A DNA stretch of 64,000 bases from an uncultured Ruficoccus sp. (GCA_965140785.1 OZ223475.1:160001-224000), one strand, 5' to 3'; counted from the stretch's first letter, positions 9,811 through 20,227 are shown. Notes: a model not told the origin generated them from the letters alone. Translations and numbers: made by a program.

Positions 9811-9837
9811 TCGGGACTAAAAAGGGGGGCACGTCGG

Positions 9838-10053
9838 AACAACATCCGAACTCACCGTTGCCTCGGACTGCTCACGCCGCTCGAGTTTGCGGCCAAAGAA
9901 ACCGCACCCGAGCCCTTCGAAACCAACCTCCAAGGCATGGGCTACGCCCTCCTTCCGCCCAAGCTTTGACTCCCTCTACAACCGAACCCTTAATCACATC
10001 ATTAACCCGCTCAGACTAACTCTCAATGCGGTACCGTTTGCGTAGGCAGGTCA
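9838..10053 (+). mobile_element. Right-end remnant of a second IS3-family element
   Basis: Closely matches the reverse complement of 23617-23845, including terminal GTTTGCGTAGGCAGGTCA. Confidence 0.9.
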
Positions 10054-10059
10054 CATTTT

Positions 10060-10262
10060 AATGCGTCTGCGTGCAACTGGATTACTTTAACTGAGCCTTA
10101 ACTAGCAAATGGATAAAGTTGCTGTTTGCTGGTAATCAGCGACTTAGGTGGTAGTGCCCACGTCCAGCCACCTTCAATCGCCTTAGCTGGGCCTTAATTG
10201 GAAAACTTCTTTTCGTGTTAGTTAGCGACTTATGAATGCGAGTCCACGCCCCGACACCTCCA
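10060..10262 (+). repeat. Two tandem att-like units (arm repeats + degenerate tmRNA/tRNA-3'-like core)
   Basis: Homologous to 20228-20344; TTAACTGAGCCTTAA...AGCGACTTA...CCACCTTCA and ...GAGTCCACGCCCCGACACCTCCA. Confidence 0.65.
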
Positions 10263-10316
10263 GCCGGGGAAATATGGGCTTGTCGTCACTCGACACTCAC
10301 GAAAAAGTAATCCGCT

Positions 10317-11411
10317 GTGAGTAAAGCGGCCAAGCCTACAAAAACGTCAAACCGGGCCATCGCATGTCGTACCGGGATGACGATCCGGCAGTTTGCGGAG
10401 CGTATCGGATTTTCGTATGTGACGGTTTCCCGGGCGATCAACGATCATCCGCTCGTCAGCAGCGAAACCAAGGAGCGGATTTTCCAGGCAATGGACGAGT
10501 ATGGCTTTCGCCCGAATCCGTTGGCCCGTGGGCTGAGGGGAGGCGGTTCGGGGTTGATCGGAGTGTGCTTTGTCGATCTGCATTTACCGATTCTTGAGAG
10601 TAAGCTGTACTGGCTGCAGAAATTCCTGCGGGCTGAGCGCTTACGTGGACTGGTGGAGATATCCGAGCGCAGTCCCGAAAGCGAAACACGTATTATCCGC
10701 GACTTTTTGCAAATCGGCGTGCAGGGTGTGATCCTTGTCAATTCAACCCTCGGTCCGGAGGAGAGCCGGCGGCTCTGCAAGGGGGTGGCCGCCGTCCATG
10801 CAGATCCGATGATCGTCCAAGATATGCCGTCCGTGGTGCCGGACCGGTACGCAGCGACCCAGCGCCTGCTCCAGATACTTTACGATCTGGGGCATCGCCG
10901 CTTCGCGTTGCTGGGTTTCGACGAAAGCAATGAGAGCCGCTGGCCGCCGATCAGCGATCTGGCCCGTCAGCTCGACCTGGACCTCAAACGTGATTTTGTC
11001 ATCATCCCCAAAACCGGAACCGCGCAGTCGATTTCAGCCGGGCGCGAGATGGCTCTGCGCCTGCTCGCATCAGGCCCACCTCCCACGGCGGTTATCGCAT
11101 TAAATGACGAAGTCGCCCTTGGGGCCATTCTCACTTTTCTCGAGCAAGGGTGGCGCGTCCCCGAAGACATTTCTGTGACGGGATTTGACAACCTGGAAAT
11201 CGCACGGGAATTGCACCCGACGATCACCACCGTCGAGCAATACCCCGAGATGCTGATGCGCTACACCGTAGAGCTTTTAATTCAGGAAATCGGGGCAGAA
11301 CCCACCGCTCGCGGAGCCAAACCTGTCCGGCGTGTGGATTTGCAAGTGATTGAAGGAGAATCCACTGCAAACGCTTCTGCCCGTGCCTCTGCCGCGTCCG
11401 TGCGCTCGTGA
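10317..11411 (+). CDS. LacI-family transcriptional regulator
   Basis: TIRQFAERIGFSYVTVSRAIN HTH, FRPNPLARGL hinge, VPEDISVTGFDN; start may be ATG 10377. Confidence 0.93.
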   Translation: MSKAAKPTKTSNRAIACRTGMTIRQFAERIGFSYVTVSRAINDHPLVSSETKERIFQAMDEYGFRPNPLARGLRGGGSGLIGVCFVDLHLPILESKLYWLQKFLRAERLRGLVEISERSPESETRIIRDFLQIGVQGVILVNSTLGPEESRRLCKGVAAVHADPMIVQDMPSVVPDRYAATQRLLQILYDLGHRRFALLGFDESNESRWPPISDLARQLDLDLKRDFVIIPKTGTAQSISAGREMALRLLASGPPPTAVIALNDEVALGAILTFLEQGWRVPEDISVTGFDNLEIARELHPTITTVEQYPEMLMRYTVELLIQEIGAEPTARGAKPVRRVDLQVIEGESTANASARASAASVRS

Positions 11412-11444
11412 TTTTTTGCTTGAAGGAGGAGTGAATGCGTGCAA

Positions 11445-11460
11445 TGTTAAACGTATATCA
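11445..11460. promoter_or_regulatory. Possible LacI-type operator TGTTAAACGTATATCA
   Basis: Imperfect palindrome with central CG between the LacI gene and its downstream operon. Confidence 0.45.
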
Positions 11461-11502
11461 TTTGTATGTCTTCAACAACCTCAACCGCAAGAAAACCCTA
11501 CT

Positions 11503-12192
11503 ATGATGACCCCAAAACTCCTCACCGCACTCGCGATCACCACGCTGTGCTTATCTCCTCTGCGCGCCTTTGTCGTCTCCTCGATCAGTACAAGTGCGCC
11601 GACCGAAAACATCGTTTTCAGCCAACCTGACTATACGAGCGGTCTCGGATGGTTTAATACCGATACGAGTCGTCGTGATGTCGGTCAGTCCTTCTTGGCT
11701 ACGAGCAATTTTACCTTGGAGGCCATCACCTATACGATGGGAGGTTTCTTTTCTTCGACCACGTCCACGTCGGACTACACAATCAACATTTATTCAACAA
11801 GTTCGCTCGAGGCCGCGCCGAACACCGGGACTCTTGTCAGCAGCCAGAGTGGAACCTTTACCTTTGAGGACCAGGATGGTGGTAATGACACCTTCCTGAC
11901 TTTCGATATCGAAGACGTCTCTCTGTCTTCCGGTAAGTACTACACGATCATGCTTGTTTTGGATGATAACATTGCCGGTAATTCGATCACGCTGAAGCAG
12001 AGCAGTGGCAGCGTCTACGCTGACGGTTATCGCTGGCTCTATAACGGTACGGACTACAGCAGCAGCACGACGTCCGATATGACCCTCTACCTGACCGGGT
12101 CGACGATTCCGGAGCCCTCTGGTGCGATGATCTTTCCGGCGATCGGCGGCTTGCTGGCTGTGCTGATCTGGAAGCGCAAGCAGCGGGCTTAA
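11503..12192 (+). CDS. PEP-CTERM sorting domain protein
   Basis: Signal peptide from ATG 11503; IPEP + TM + KRKQRA. Confidence 0.9.
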   Translation: MMTPKLLTALAITTLCLSPLRAFVVSSISTSAPTENIVFSQPDYTSGLGWFNTDTSRRDVGQSFLATSNFTLEAITYTMGGFFSSTTSTSDYTINIYSTSSLEAAPNTGTLVSSQSGTFTFEDQDGGNDTFLTFDIEDVSLSSGKYYTIMLVLDDNIAGNSITLKQSSGSVYADGYRWLYNGTDYSSSTTSDMTLYLTGSTIPEPSGAMIFPAIGGLLAVLIWKRKQRA

Positions 12193-12231
12193 CCCGGAAT
12201 ACGTTTAGTTCCTCAAATATCCTATTTACCC

Positions 12232-13956
12232 ATGAGCGTTGCAAAAGCTTATTTTGCAGCGACAGCGTTGCTGTCGCTGGTGTCGGCCTCAGCCGATGAG
12301 CGGAGCTGTGATTTACCCTCAGCGGAGACTGCCTTTGAGGTTGTGCAGTCCAGCGCGACGACGGTGATCCCGGCGGGTACTTATCGGGTGGAGGAGGGGG
12401 GTATCCGCCTCAAAGGGTTGCGTGACGCCGTCATTGACGCGCGTGGGGTGACGCTACTGGCCTCCGATCACCGCTCAAGTGCCCTGACGATCAGCGATTG
12501 CGAAAACCTGACCTTGCGCGGCTTCACGCTCGACTACGATCCTTTGCCGTTTACGCAGGGTACGATTACTGCGGTTGATCCGGACAAGCGTACGGTGGAC
12601 ATCGCCCTGCACGCGGGCTACCCGGCGCTTTCGACCTTTGAGAAGCTGCGCCCGCTCAATCTCTTTGATCCGGACGGACGCTGGAAGATCGGCGTTCCAG
12701 AGTACTATATGAAGAAGATCGAGGATCTGGGTGGGCATCAGGCGCGGGCCTACTTTTCCAAGGGGGCGGGCGGCTTTGATCTCTTTACGGTTGGGGATAA
12801 GGTGGCCATGAACGTGCGCGGTTTTGCCGGGATCAAGATCACGGATTGTTCCAGCGGTATTCGGCTGGAGAACGTGACCATCTACGCCGCACCGGGGATC
12901 GCCGTGATCGTGCGCTTTGCCGAGGATGGAGGGGCACTGGAGCGGGTGCGTGTCGTTCCGGGTCCTCCGCCGGAGGGTGCGACAGAGCCGCGTTTACTAT
13001 CCTCCTCGGCCGACGCGCTGAATGTCGCTTACACGCGGGGAGGGCTGGTTGTGAGCGGATGCGAATTTTCCCACATGGGCGACGACTCCATCAACCTGCA
13101 TGGGGTGGCGCTGCCGGTGCTGAAGTGGATCGACCATAAAACCTTTCTGACCATGCGCCCGTACGCCGGAGAGGACTTCGATAAACTGCTGCATGCCGGG
13201 GACGAAATCCATTTCCTGTCGGACACCGACTACAGTCAGTTGCAAACCGCACGCCTGGCCCAGGCCCGCAAGACGGAGGAGAAAGCTGAGGATTGGGCTG
13301 ACGCGTTGAAAAAATTCTGGCCGCACGCTTCCAAGCACAATGAATCGAGCTTCTTCGTTATTGAGCTGCAGGAGCCGGTAGCGGATGTTCCCGCCGGAAG
13401 CTACACAGAAGTGCCCGCGACGAACGCCTCGGGCTTCACCATCCACGATAACTACTTCCACGATCACCGGGCGCGGGGACTGCGCCTGATGAGTACGGAT
13501 GGCGTGGTAGAGAACAACCGCTTCGAGCGGATAAAGGGCGTGGCGATCAGCCTGGGGCCGCAGTTTACCTATTGGGCTGAGGCCGGTTGGTGCTCGGACA
13601 TCACCATCCGCGGAAACACGATCCTCGATGTGGGCGAAGGGGCTGCCATTTGTTCAGCCGAGAGTGAGACGCTGGGTGCGATCTCCATCGCCTGTCGTAT
13701 GCTGACACCCGAGGCGACGAACAATCTTCCCGCCGGTAACCACAACATCACCATCACGGATAACCTGATCGACGGCTGCTCGGTGGCGGGCATCAGCGTA
13801 AGCGCCGCCCGTGATGTCGTGATCACCGACAACACGATCCGTCGGGTCAACCAGCGGGCTTGTCCCGAGGCTGGAAGTCGGCAGGGACTTCACTCTGAGG
13901 ACCCGATCACGGTCATTCAGGCCGAGGTCACGATTGAAGGAAACACGGTCGAGTAA
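12232..13956 (+). CDS. Secreted right-handed parallel beta-helix protein, GH110-like
   Basis: DYDPLPFTQG, DALN, GDDSINLHG, HRARGLRL, repeated ITxN turns. Confidence 0.75.
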   Translation: MSVAKAYFAATALLSLVSASADERSCDLPSAETAFEVVQSSATTVIPAGTYRVEEGGIRLKGLRDAVIDARGVTLLASDHRSSALTISDCENLTLRGFTLDYDPLPFTQGTITAVDPDKRTVDIALHAGYPALSTFEKLRPLNLFDPDGRWKIGVPEYYMKKIEDLGGHQARAYFSKGAGGFDLFTVGDKVAMNVRGFAGIKITDCSSGIRLENVTIYAAPGIAVIVRFAEDGGALERVRVVPGPPPEGATEPRLLSSSADALNVAYTRGGLVVSGCEFSHMGDDSINLHGVALPVLKWIDHKTFLTMRPYAGEDFDKLLHAGDEIHFLSDTDYSQLQTARLAQARKTEEKAEDWADALKKFWPHASKHNESSFFVIELQEPVADVPAGSYTEVPATNASGFTIHDNYFHDHRARGLRLMSTDGVVENNRFERIKGVAISLGPQFTYWAEAGWCSDITIRGNTILDVGEGAAICSAESETLGAISIACRMLTPEATNNLPAGNHNITITDNLIDGCSVAGISVSAARDVVITDNTIRRVNQRACPEAGSRQGLHSEDPITVIQAEVTIEGNTVE

Positions 13957-13970
13957 GCCAAGTTTACCCC

Positions 13971-15635
13971 ATGTTCACGATGAAACCCCACCTGATGCTC
14001 CTCGCCCTGATCGGCTGTTGTGCCTGCCTGAGTGCCCCCGCAGCAGACGTTACGTCCCGCTCGATTGCCGGGCTGCCTCTGATCGAGAAAAACGTGTCCA
14101 ACGCGGTTGCGCCCACTGACGCCAAGGGAATGGCCTGGCGCTGGAGCCCGGAGGGTCGCCGCGATGTCGGACAGACTTTTGAAGTGATCGAGCCGTTCAC
14201 GGCACGGGAGCTGGCCATCGAGATACGTTCGTCCATGAAAGACGCCCGTCCCGAGGCCCCTTTCTCTCTGGTTTTCACCCGTTGCGATCCGACCGGTTCG
14301 ATTACGGGTGCACCTATCGCAACATTCACCGGTGTGCTCCCCGGGGCTGCTGAGAAGCTCAGGAGCGGGTGCTGGCTGGACTTGACCTTCCCGCCTTTGC
14401 CTCTGGAGCCGGGCCGCTACGCGTTTGTTCTCAGCTTCACCGATGGGCCTCTGCCAGGGCAGGGGGCGGTTTTCGTCGTCGATGGTGCCAGGCAGGCCGA
14501 GCAAACGGGGCTGCGCGGGATAGGTGGACAGAGCACTCATTATAAGGTCAGTGCGCCCTTGAGTTTTATTCTCTCATCGGGAGCGAGTGTCCTGGACACG
14601 CACGAGCCGCGCGAACTCCTTGTCGATCAGCGCGGTGGCGCTCCCTACCGGACGCTGCGTGCGGCGGTGGCCGACGCGAAGCCGGGAGACACCATCCGGC
14701 TGGCCCAAGGCAGCGGCCCGTACCGTGAGATCCTTTATATCCCGCAATCCGGGACGCCAGAAGCCTGCATCACGGTGGACGGCTCTGGCGAGACGGTGAC
14801 GGGCTTTGAGCCGCTGGAAGGATTTGTGCGGGACGGTCAGGTGTGGACGTGCGATCTGACACCTTACCTTTCAAGGATCAAGCATGTGCAGGGCTTTACC
14901 CTGAAGGACGGGCGTTGGCAGAGCGAAGTTTTCCCGGCAGCCTTCCCGTCCGTGCTGACCTACCGCGGCGAACGCCTGCGGCAGGATGCGATCAGCGGTG
15001 ATTTCACGCGGTACGCGCACCTGAGTGATGATGGTCAGGCGCTCGTGCTGGAGGACGGTGTTTCGCCCGAGGGGTGGGAAATCGCGCTACGGCCCTTTGC
15101 GGTGCGTGTCCTCAATGCCTCCCACCATTGCTACCGGAACCTCCGCGCCTCGGGCAGTCTCAACGACGGATTTAACCTCCACGGTAACGGTGAAGACCTG
15201 CGTTTCGAGCACATAGAGGGGTTTCAAAACATCGACGAGGGCTTTTCCGCACACGACGATATCCGCTGCTCGATTGTGGGCGGCAAGTTCTGGGACAACG
15301 ATAACGGCCTCTACGGCGGCCAGGCTGAGATCGTCCTGAAGGATGTGGATATTTATGACAACCTCGGCTTTGGTTTCGGCATCACAAAGGGGGAAGGAAA
15401 CTTGGCGAAGGTGCGCATTTGGGGCAACGGGATCTGCCAGTTTATTCAGTCTCCCGGCACCCGCCTGAGCTGCGAGGATGTCGAGGTCTATGCGTTGGGT
15501 AACCCTGGACGCCAGTGGATTTCCGTGCAGGAGTCGCGCCGCTGGGCGGAGCCCGTCCAGACCCGTATCGATGTGACCGGTCCCGGTGCCGCCGAACTCA
15601 ACCTGCTCCCTTCAACCACTCCGGCCAAGCTCTGA
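13971..15635 (+). CDS. Secreted protein: unknown N-terminal domain + parallel beta-helix domain
   Basis: Signal peptide; PYRTLRAAVADAKPGDTIRL...GPYRE; NDGFNLHG; DEGFSAHD. Confidence 0.7.
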   Translation: MFTMKPHLMLLALIGCCACLSAPAADVTSRSIAGLPLIEKNVSNAVAPTDAKGMAWRWSPEGRRDVGQTFEVIEPFTARELAIEIRSSMKDARPEAPFSLVFTRCDPTGSITGAPIATFTGVLPGAAEKLRSGCWLDLTFPPLPLEPGRYAFVLSFTDGPLPGQGAVFVVDGARQAEQTGLRGIGGQSTHYKVSAPLSFILSSGASVLDTHEPRELLVDQRGGAPYRTLRAAVADAKPGDTIRLAQGSGPYREILYIPQSGTPEACITVDGSGETVTGFEPLEGFVRDGQVWTCDLTPYLSRIKHVQGFTLKDGRWQSEVFPAAFPSVLTYRGERLRQDAISGDFTRYAHLSDDGQALVLEDGVSPEGWEIALRPFAVRVLNASHHCYRNLRASGSLNDGFNLHGNGEDLRFEHIEGFQNIDEGFSAHDDIRCSIVGGKFWDNDNGLYGGQAEIVLKDVDIYDNLGFGFGITKGEGNLAKVRIWGNGICQFIQSPGTRLSCEDVEVYALGNPGRQWISVQESRRWAEPVQTRIDVTGPGAAELNLLPSTTPAKL

Positions 15636-15641
15636 TCCGTC

Positions 15642-16289
15642 ATGATACGCGCCCGTCACACATCCCCGTCTGGCTTCACGCTGGTTGAGCTGCTGACTGC
15701 AATCGCAGTTATTGCCGTGTTGGGGGCGATTCTCATCGCGGCCATGCCGGCGGCTTCCCGCAGTGCGCATCGCACCGAGTGCGCAAGCAACCTGCGGCAA
15801 CTGGGGCAGGTGTTTAGCCTTTACGCCATTGATCACAGCGGGATGCTTCCGGCGCCCAAGGACAATTATCTGAACGAGAATGCCCCCTCGGTCTCTTGGA
15901 TGACCATTGCTCAGGAGTACATTGAGGCGAGGTTTCCCAAGGTGGGCGAACGGAATATCCTGTTATGCCCATCCGCGCAAGACACCTTCCCGGACGGCAA
16001 GGCGCGCCGCAGCTACGGCATGAACGCGGCGGGCACCGATGGGAAAACGCCATTCCGGCTCTCCTCGATCGATGACCCCGCGCAGACGCTGCTGCTCGCC
16101 GACACCCGTGAGAACGGGGCGGGGCAGGGCGACGGGGTCAGCCGTTTCGGGATCAACAACTACAGCACGACCGTGGAGTTCCGGCATGACGGCCAGCTCA
16201 ACGCCCTGTTTTTCGACGGGCATGTCGAATCCATCGACGAGAATGATCCCGCCAAGCTCCGTAAGTACGTCGAGAACTTGATTCCCTGA
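15642..16289 (+). CDS. Prepilin-type N-terminal cleavage/methylation protein with H-X9-DG motif
   Basis: GFTLVELL, CASNLRQ, LLCPS, RHDGQLNALFFDGHV. Confidence 0.92.
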   Translation: MIRARHTSPSGFTLVELLTAIAVIAVLGAILIAAMPAASRSAHRTECASNLRQLGQVFSLYAIDHSGMLPAPKDNYLNENAPSVSWMTIAQEYIEARFPKVGERNILLCPSAQDTFPDGKARRSYGMNAAGTDGKTPFRLSSIDDPAQTLLLADTRENGAGQGDGVSRFGINNYSTTVEFRHDGQLNALFFDGHVESIDENDPAKLRKYVENLIP

Positions 16290-16297
16290 TTTTTACC

Positions 16298-17761
16298 ATG
16301 AACGACATTGTTACGACTGAGCCGCAAACGGCCTCCGCAATCACCAAGCAACTGATGCCGCTGGACAACTACAGCGACTCCGAGGCCAGCGCATGGACCG
16401 GCGAGAAAGTCCGCGTGAAGATCGCCTATATCGGCGGCGGCAGCCGCGAGTGGGCGGTGAAGTTGATGGCCGATCTCGCACTCTCTGATCGTATCTGCGG
16501 TCAGCTTGATCTCTACGATATCGACGCCTCCGCCTGTGCGCAGAACAAGGCATTGGCTGACGCGGTTTTTGCGCACGAGCAGGCCCGCACGCGTTTTGAG
16601 GTGCGTGTAGCCCCCGACTTGGACTCCGCCCTGCGGGACGCTGACTTCGTCATCGTATCCATCGAACCGGGACCGGTCACGCACCGCCATGCGGACCTGG
16701 AGATACCCGCGCGCTATGGGGTGCTCCAAACGGTGGGCGACACCACCGGACCGGGCGGTGTCCTGCGGGCCATGCGGAGTGTGGCGACGTTTGAGCAGTT
16801 CGGGCGCAGCATCGCGGAGTGCTGCCCGGAGGCCTGGGTGATCAACTACACCAATCCGATGGCAGTTTGTACCGCCTCGCTCTTCCGTTATGCGCCGCAG
16901 TTGAAAGCCTTCGGATGCTGCCATGAAGTGTTCGGCACGCAGGAGATGCTGGCGAAAAAAGTGGCGCAGTGGTTCGATGTTCCGGTGCCCGCGCGGACAC
17001 AGATCCAACTGGAAATCGCCGGGGTCAACCACTTCACCTGGGCGACAGCGGCACGCTGGCGCGGCCATGATTTGTTCCCCTACCTGGAGAAGCTGGTAGG
17101 CGATGACACGCTGTTCGCTTCGCGCTTGGAGGATGCTCAGCAGAAGGTTAAGGATGGAAAGTGGTTCTCGTCGCACCACCTGGTGGCACTGGATCTGTTC
17201 CGTCGCTTTGGAGCGCTCGGGGCCGCCGGAGACCGGCATCTGTCCGAGTTTCTGCCGTGGTACTTGACGAGCGAGGAAGAGCTGCACCGTTGGGGCGTGC
17301 TTCGCACGCCTTATGCCTGGCGGGTTGAGCGTACCCAGGGGCCTCGCAAGCAGGCCGACGAAGTTTTTTCGGATGCGCTATCGGCCTCAGGTGAGGAGGG
17401 CGTGCTCCAGATGGAGGCTCTTCTCGGCCTGCGTGAACTGACGACGAACATCAACCTGCCCAATCGCGGGCAGCTCCCCTGTGCTCCCAAAGGAGTCGTG
17501 GTTGAGACCTATGCGTCCTTCCGGGAAAACGCCATCTGCCCGCTCATGGCGGGTGAGGCACCTGCCGGTGTGCGCGCATTGATCGCCGATGCCGCTCACC
17601 AGCAGGAGGTGCTTTTAGAAGCGCTCTTCAATCGCCGCCTGGAAGCTGCCTTTGAGGCGATGCTTCTGTCGCCCCTGGTCACGATCCCGACGGACAAGGC
17701 CCGAGCGATGTTCCAGGAGATGGTCGCGGCAGTGGAGCCCATGCTCGGAGACTGGCGTTAG
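16298..17761 (+). CDS. GH4 glycosidase, probable alpha-galacturonidase (LplD-like)
   Basis: IAYIGGGS, GDTTGPGG, INYTNP, CHEV active-site motif, GVNHF. Confidence 0.85.
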   Translation: MNDIVTTEPQTASAITKQLMPLDNYSDSEASAWTGEKVRVKIAYIGGGSREWAVKLMADLALSDRICGQLDLYDIDASACAQNKALADAVFAHEQARTRFEVRVAPDLDSALRDADFVIVSIEPGPVTHRHADLEIPARYGVLQTVGDTTGPGGVLRAMRSVATFEQFGRSIAECCPEAWVINYTNPMAVCTASLFRYAPQLKAFGCCHEVFGTQEMLAKKVAQWFDVPVPARTQIQLEIAGVNHFTWATAARWRGHDLFPYLEKLVGDDTLFASRLEDAQQKVKDGKWFSSHHLVALDLFRRFGALGAAGDRHLSEFLPWYLTSEEELHRWGVLRTPYAWRVERTQGPRKQADEVFSDALSASGEEGVLQMEALLGLRELTTNINLPNRGQLPCAPKGVVVETYASFRENAICPLMAGEAPAGVRALIADAAHQQEVLLEALFNRRLEAAFEAMLLSPLVTIPTDKARAMFQEMVAAVEPMLGDWR

Positions 17762-17867
17762 CGCCCGTTCGGTCCCCCCCCACAAACATTGACGGCAAGT
17801 CCGCGCCGGTGGTGACACCGCAGCGCGTGGGCTTTGCCATGCAAACTCAAAGAGAAGAAGACATTGG

Positions 17868-19817
17868 ATGAGACTGGAAACGATTGATTGGGTTATTGTG
17901 GGCTTGGCGCTCGCAATCGTTGCAGGGGCGGCCCTGTATACGAAGCGTTACCTCAGGAGCGTGGTTGACTACATGGCCGGTGGGCGCTGTGCCGGGCGTT
18001 ACATGCTGTGCGCCGCCCGCGGGGAAATGGCCTCCGGCGCGGTGGTGTTTGTCTCTCTGTTTGAGATTTTCAGCAACTCCGGGTTCACGTTGGTATGGTG
18101 GCAATGGTTAAGTTTTCCGGTCATCATCCTCGTCGCGGTGTCCGGCTTTGTCATCTACCGCTACCGCGAAACGCGGGCGCTGACGCTGGCTCAGTTTCTG
18201 GAGATGCGCTATAACAAGAGCCTCCGTGTTTTCTCCGGTATCCTGAGCTTTTTCGCGGGGATTCTGAACTTCGGGATCATCCCGGCCGTGGGGGCGCGGT
18301 TCTTCGTTTACTTTATCGGCCTGCCCACGCAGACACCGATCTTCGGTTTCAGCGTGCCGACGTTTGTCATTGTAATGGTCTTGCTCATGAGCGTGACGAT
18401 TTTTCTCACCCTCTCGGGCGGGCAGATATCCGTCATGGTCTCGGACTGCATCTCCGGGCTGATGGACCAGTGGCTGTTTCTCATCATAACAGTGGTGCTG
18501 ATGGGGATGTTTACCTGGTCGCAGGTGACGGATGTGATGCTGGTTCAGCCCGAGCCCGGGCACTCGCTCATGAACCCTTTCGATGCGATGGGACTGGACG
18601 ACTTTAACCTGTGGTATGTCCTCATGGAAATGACGCTGGCAGTGTATGGCACGATGGCCTGGCAGAATGCCAGCGCCTACAACTCCGCCGCGCTCAACCC
18701 GCACGAATCACGGATGGGCAACGTGCTCGGGCGCTGGCGTGAGTTCGGGCGGATACTGGCGATCACCGTGCTGGCCATCGCCGGCATGACCTACCTCGGG
18801 CATTCGGACTTTGCGCACGACGCGGCCTCAGTGCGCGACATTCTCAGCAATATGACGAATGAGCGTCTGCAAGGCCAGATGACGATCCCGACGGCTCTCT
18901 CGTTTCTGCTCCCGGTGGGCATCAAGGGGCTTCTGTGTGCCGTGCTCATCACGGGCGTCTGGGGTGGCGACACGACACACCTGCACTCTTGGGGCGGCAT
19001 TCTGGTGCAGGACGTGATAATGCCCCTGCGCCGCAAACCCTTTAGCCAGAAGGCGCACATCTTGGCCCTGCGCCTGAGCATGTTTGGCGTGGGGCTGTTT
19101 GCCGTGCTCTTCGGAGCCTTTTTCACACAGACTGAGTACATCACCATGTGGTTCAAGATCACCACGGCGATCTTTGTCGGTGGGGCTGGGTCGGTGATCA
19201 TCGGCGGACTCTACTGGAAAAAAGGCACCGCCGCCGGGGCCTGGACCGCGATGCTCAGCGGCTCCCTCCTGGCGACTTCAGGTATCCTCGTACGTCAGGT
19301 CTATCCGGACTTCCCGCTCAACCCGGTGCAGATTTCGTTCGGTTCGGCCCTGATCTCGATCAGCCTGTACGTGGTTGTTTCGCTGATAACCTGTAAGGAG
19401 GACTTTAACATGGACCGCATGCTCCACCGTGGCAGGTATGCGGTGGGGGAGGTAGAATCTCCTGAACAGCAGGCTGACGATTCTGTGCCCCCGACGAAAA
19501 AGAAGTTTAGCTGGTTGAAGCTGATTGGGGCGGAGGGTGACTATCCCGTAGCGGACCGTTGGATTTCTGGTATCATTACCGGATGGCTCATGACGCTGAC
19601 CGGTATTATGATCGTCGGAACCATATGGAATCTTATCTCGCCCTGGTCTGACGAAACCTGGTCCACATTTTGGCTGTGGCTGGGGATTGTGATCCCGCTG
19701 GCTATTAGTGTCTGTACTGCGGTCTGGTTCACCATCGGAGTCGTACGTGACTTGCGGGTATTTTTCCGTTTACTCAAATCTGAAAATGTGAACGAACACG
19801 ACGATGGTACCGTCTGA
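17868..19817 (+). CDS. Sodium:solute symporter family protein
   Basis: DYMAGGRCAGRY, TLAQFLEMRY, GGLYWKKGTAAGA; many TM segments. Confidence 0.88.
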   Translation: MRLETIDWVIVGLALAIVAGAALYTKRYLRSVVDYMAGGRCAGRYMLCAARGEMASGAVVFVSLFEIFSNSGFTLVWWQWLSFPVIILVAVSGFVIYRYRETRALTLAQFLEMRYNKSLRVFSGILSFFAGILNFGIIPAVGARFFVYFIGLPTQTPIFGFSVPTFVIVMVLLMSVTIFLTLSGGQISVMVSDCISGLMDQWLFLIITVVLMGMFTWSQVTDVMLVQPEPGHSLMNPFDAMGLDDFNLWYVLMEMTLAVYGTMAWQNASAYNSAALNPHESRMGNVLGRWREFGRILAITVLAIAGMTYLGHSDFAHDAASVRDILSNMTNERLQGQMTIPTALSFLLPVGIKGLLCAVLITGVWGGDTTHLHSWGGILVQDVIMPLRRKPFSQKAHILALRLSMFGVGLFAVLFGAFFTQTEYITMWFKITTAIFVGGAGSVIIGGLYWKKGTAAGAWTAMLSGSLLATSGILVRQVYPDFPLNPVQISFGSALISISLYVVVSLITCKEDFNMDRMLHRGRYAVGEVESPEQQADDSVPPTKKKFSWLKLIGAEGDYPVADRWISGIITGWLMTLTGIMIVGTIWNLISPWSDETWSTFWLWLGIVIPLAISVCTAVWFTIGVVRDLRVFFRLLKSENVNEHDDGTV

Positions 19818-19844
19818 GTGTTGATTCTGGTTTGACCCGTTTCC

Positions 19845-20054
19845 CGCATTCAAGGAGTGAGGCAGCATCTCGGCTATCCCAAGCTGAGCACTTCGAGCAT
19901 CAAGGACGCAATAACAAGATCATCGAGCCGGACGCGGGGCCCCTTTCACAATCAGGGCTCGATCCGAAAAATCGTATACCTCGGCGGGCTCCTGAATCAC
20001 TCCTACCGCGAGCCATTACCGAAAATTGAGGAAGAGGAGGGGAGGGCTGCATGA
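19845..20054 (+). pseudogene. Internally deleted second copy of the rve integrase relic
   Basis: 27 bp identical to 7861-7887 (GYPKLSTS) joined to HQGRNNKIIEPD...LGGLLNHSYRE C-terminus. Confidence 0.8.
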
Positions 20055-20227
20055 GCTTTACCGGCAGTTACTTTTCTTCAAAAAATGCCCGAGTTCGATG
20101 CTCGGGCGACTCCTTTCCCATCGACTCATAGGCCCTCAATCGGCAAAATCATGGGTGTATGATTTCGCCCTCCAACCTGCAAACGAAAGGACTCTTGGCA
20201 CACGCATGTGAATGAGTGATGCGCGTC

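Larger units (their letters stand above)
8526..9836 (+). mobile_element. IS3-family element (IS407-like), inactivated
   Basis: Terminal IRs CGACGTGCTCCCCCCCAAACAGTCC / GGACTAAAAAGGGGGGCACGTCG; orfA + orfB with WSMDF, LTDNG, YVESFNG; no target duplication. Confidence 0.9.

Noticed and set aside
10060..10262. Possible CRISPR array or intact tRNA/tmRNA
   Set aside because: Only two degenerate units, no cas genes and no cloverleaf; better explained as att remnants
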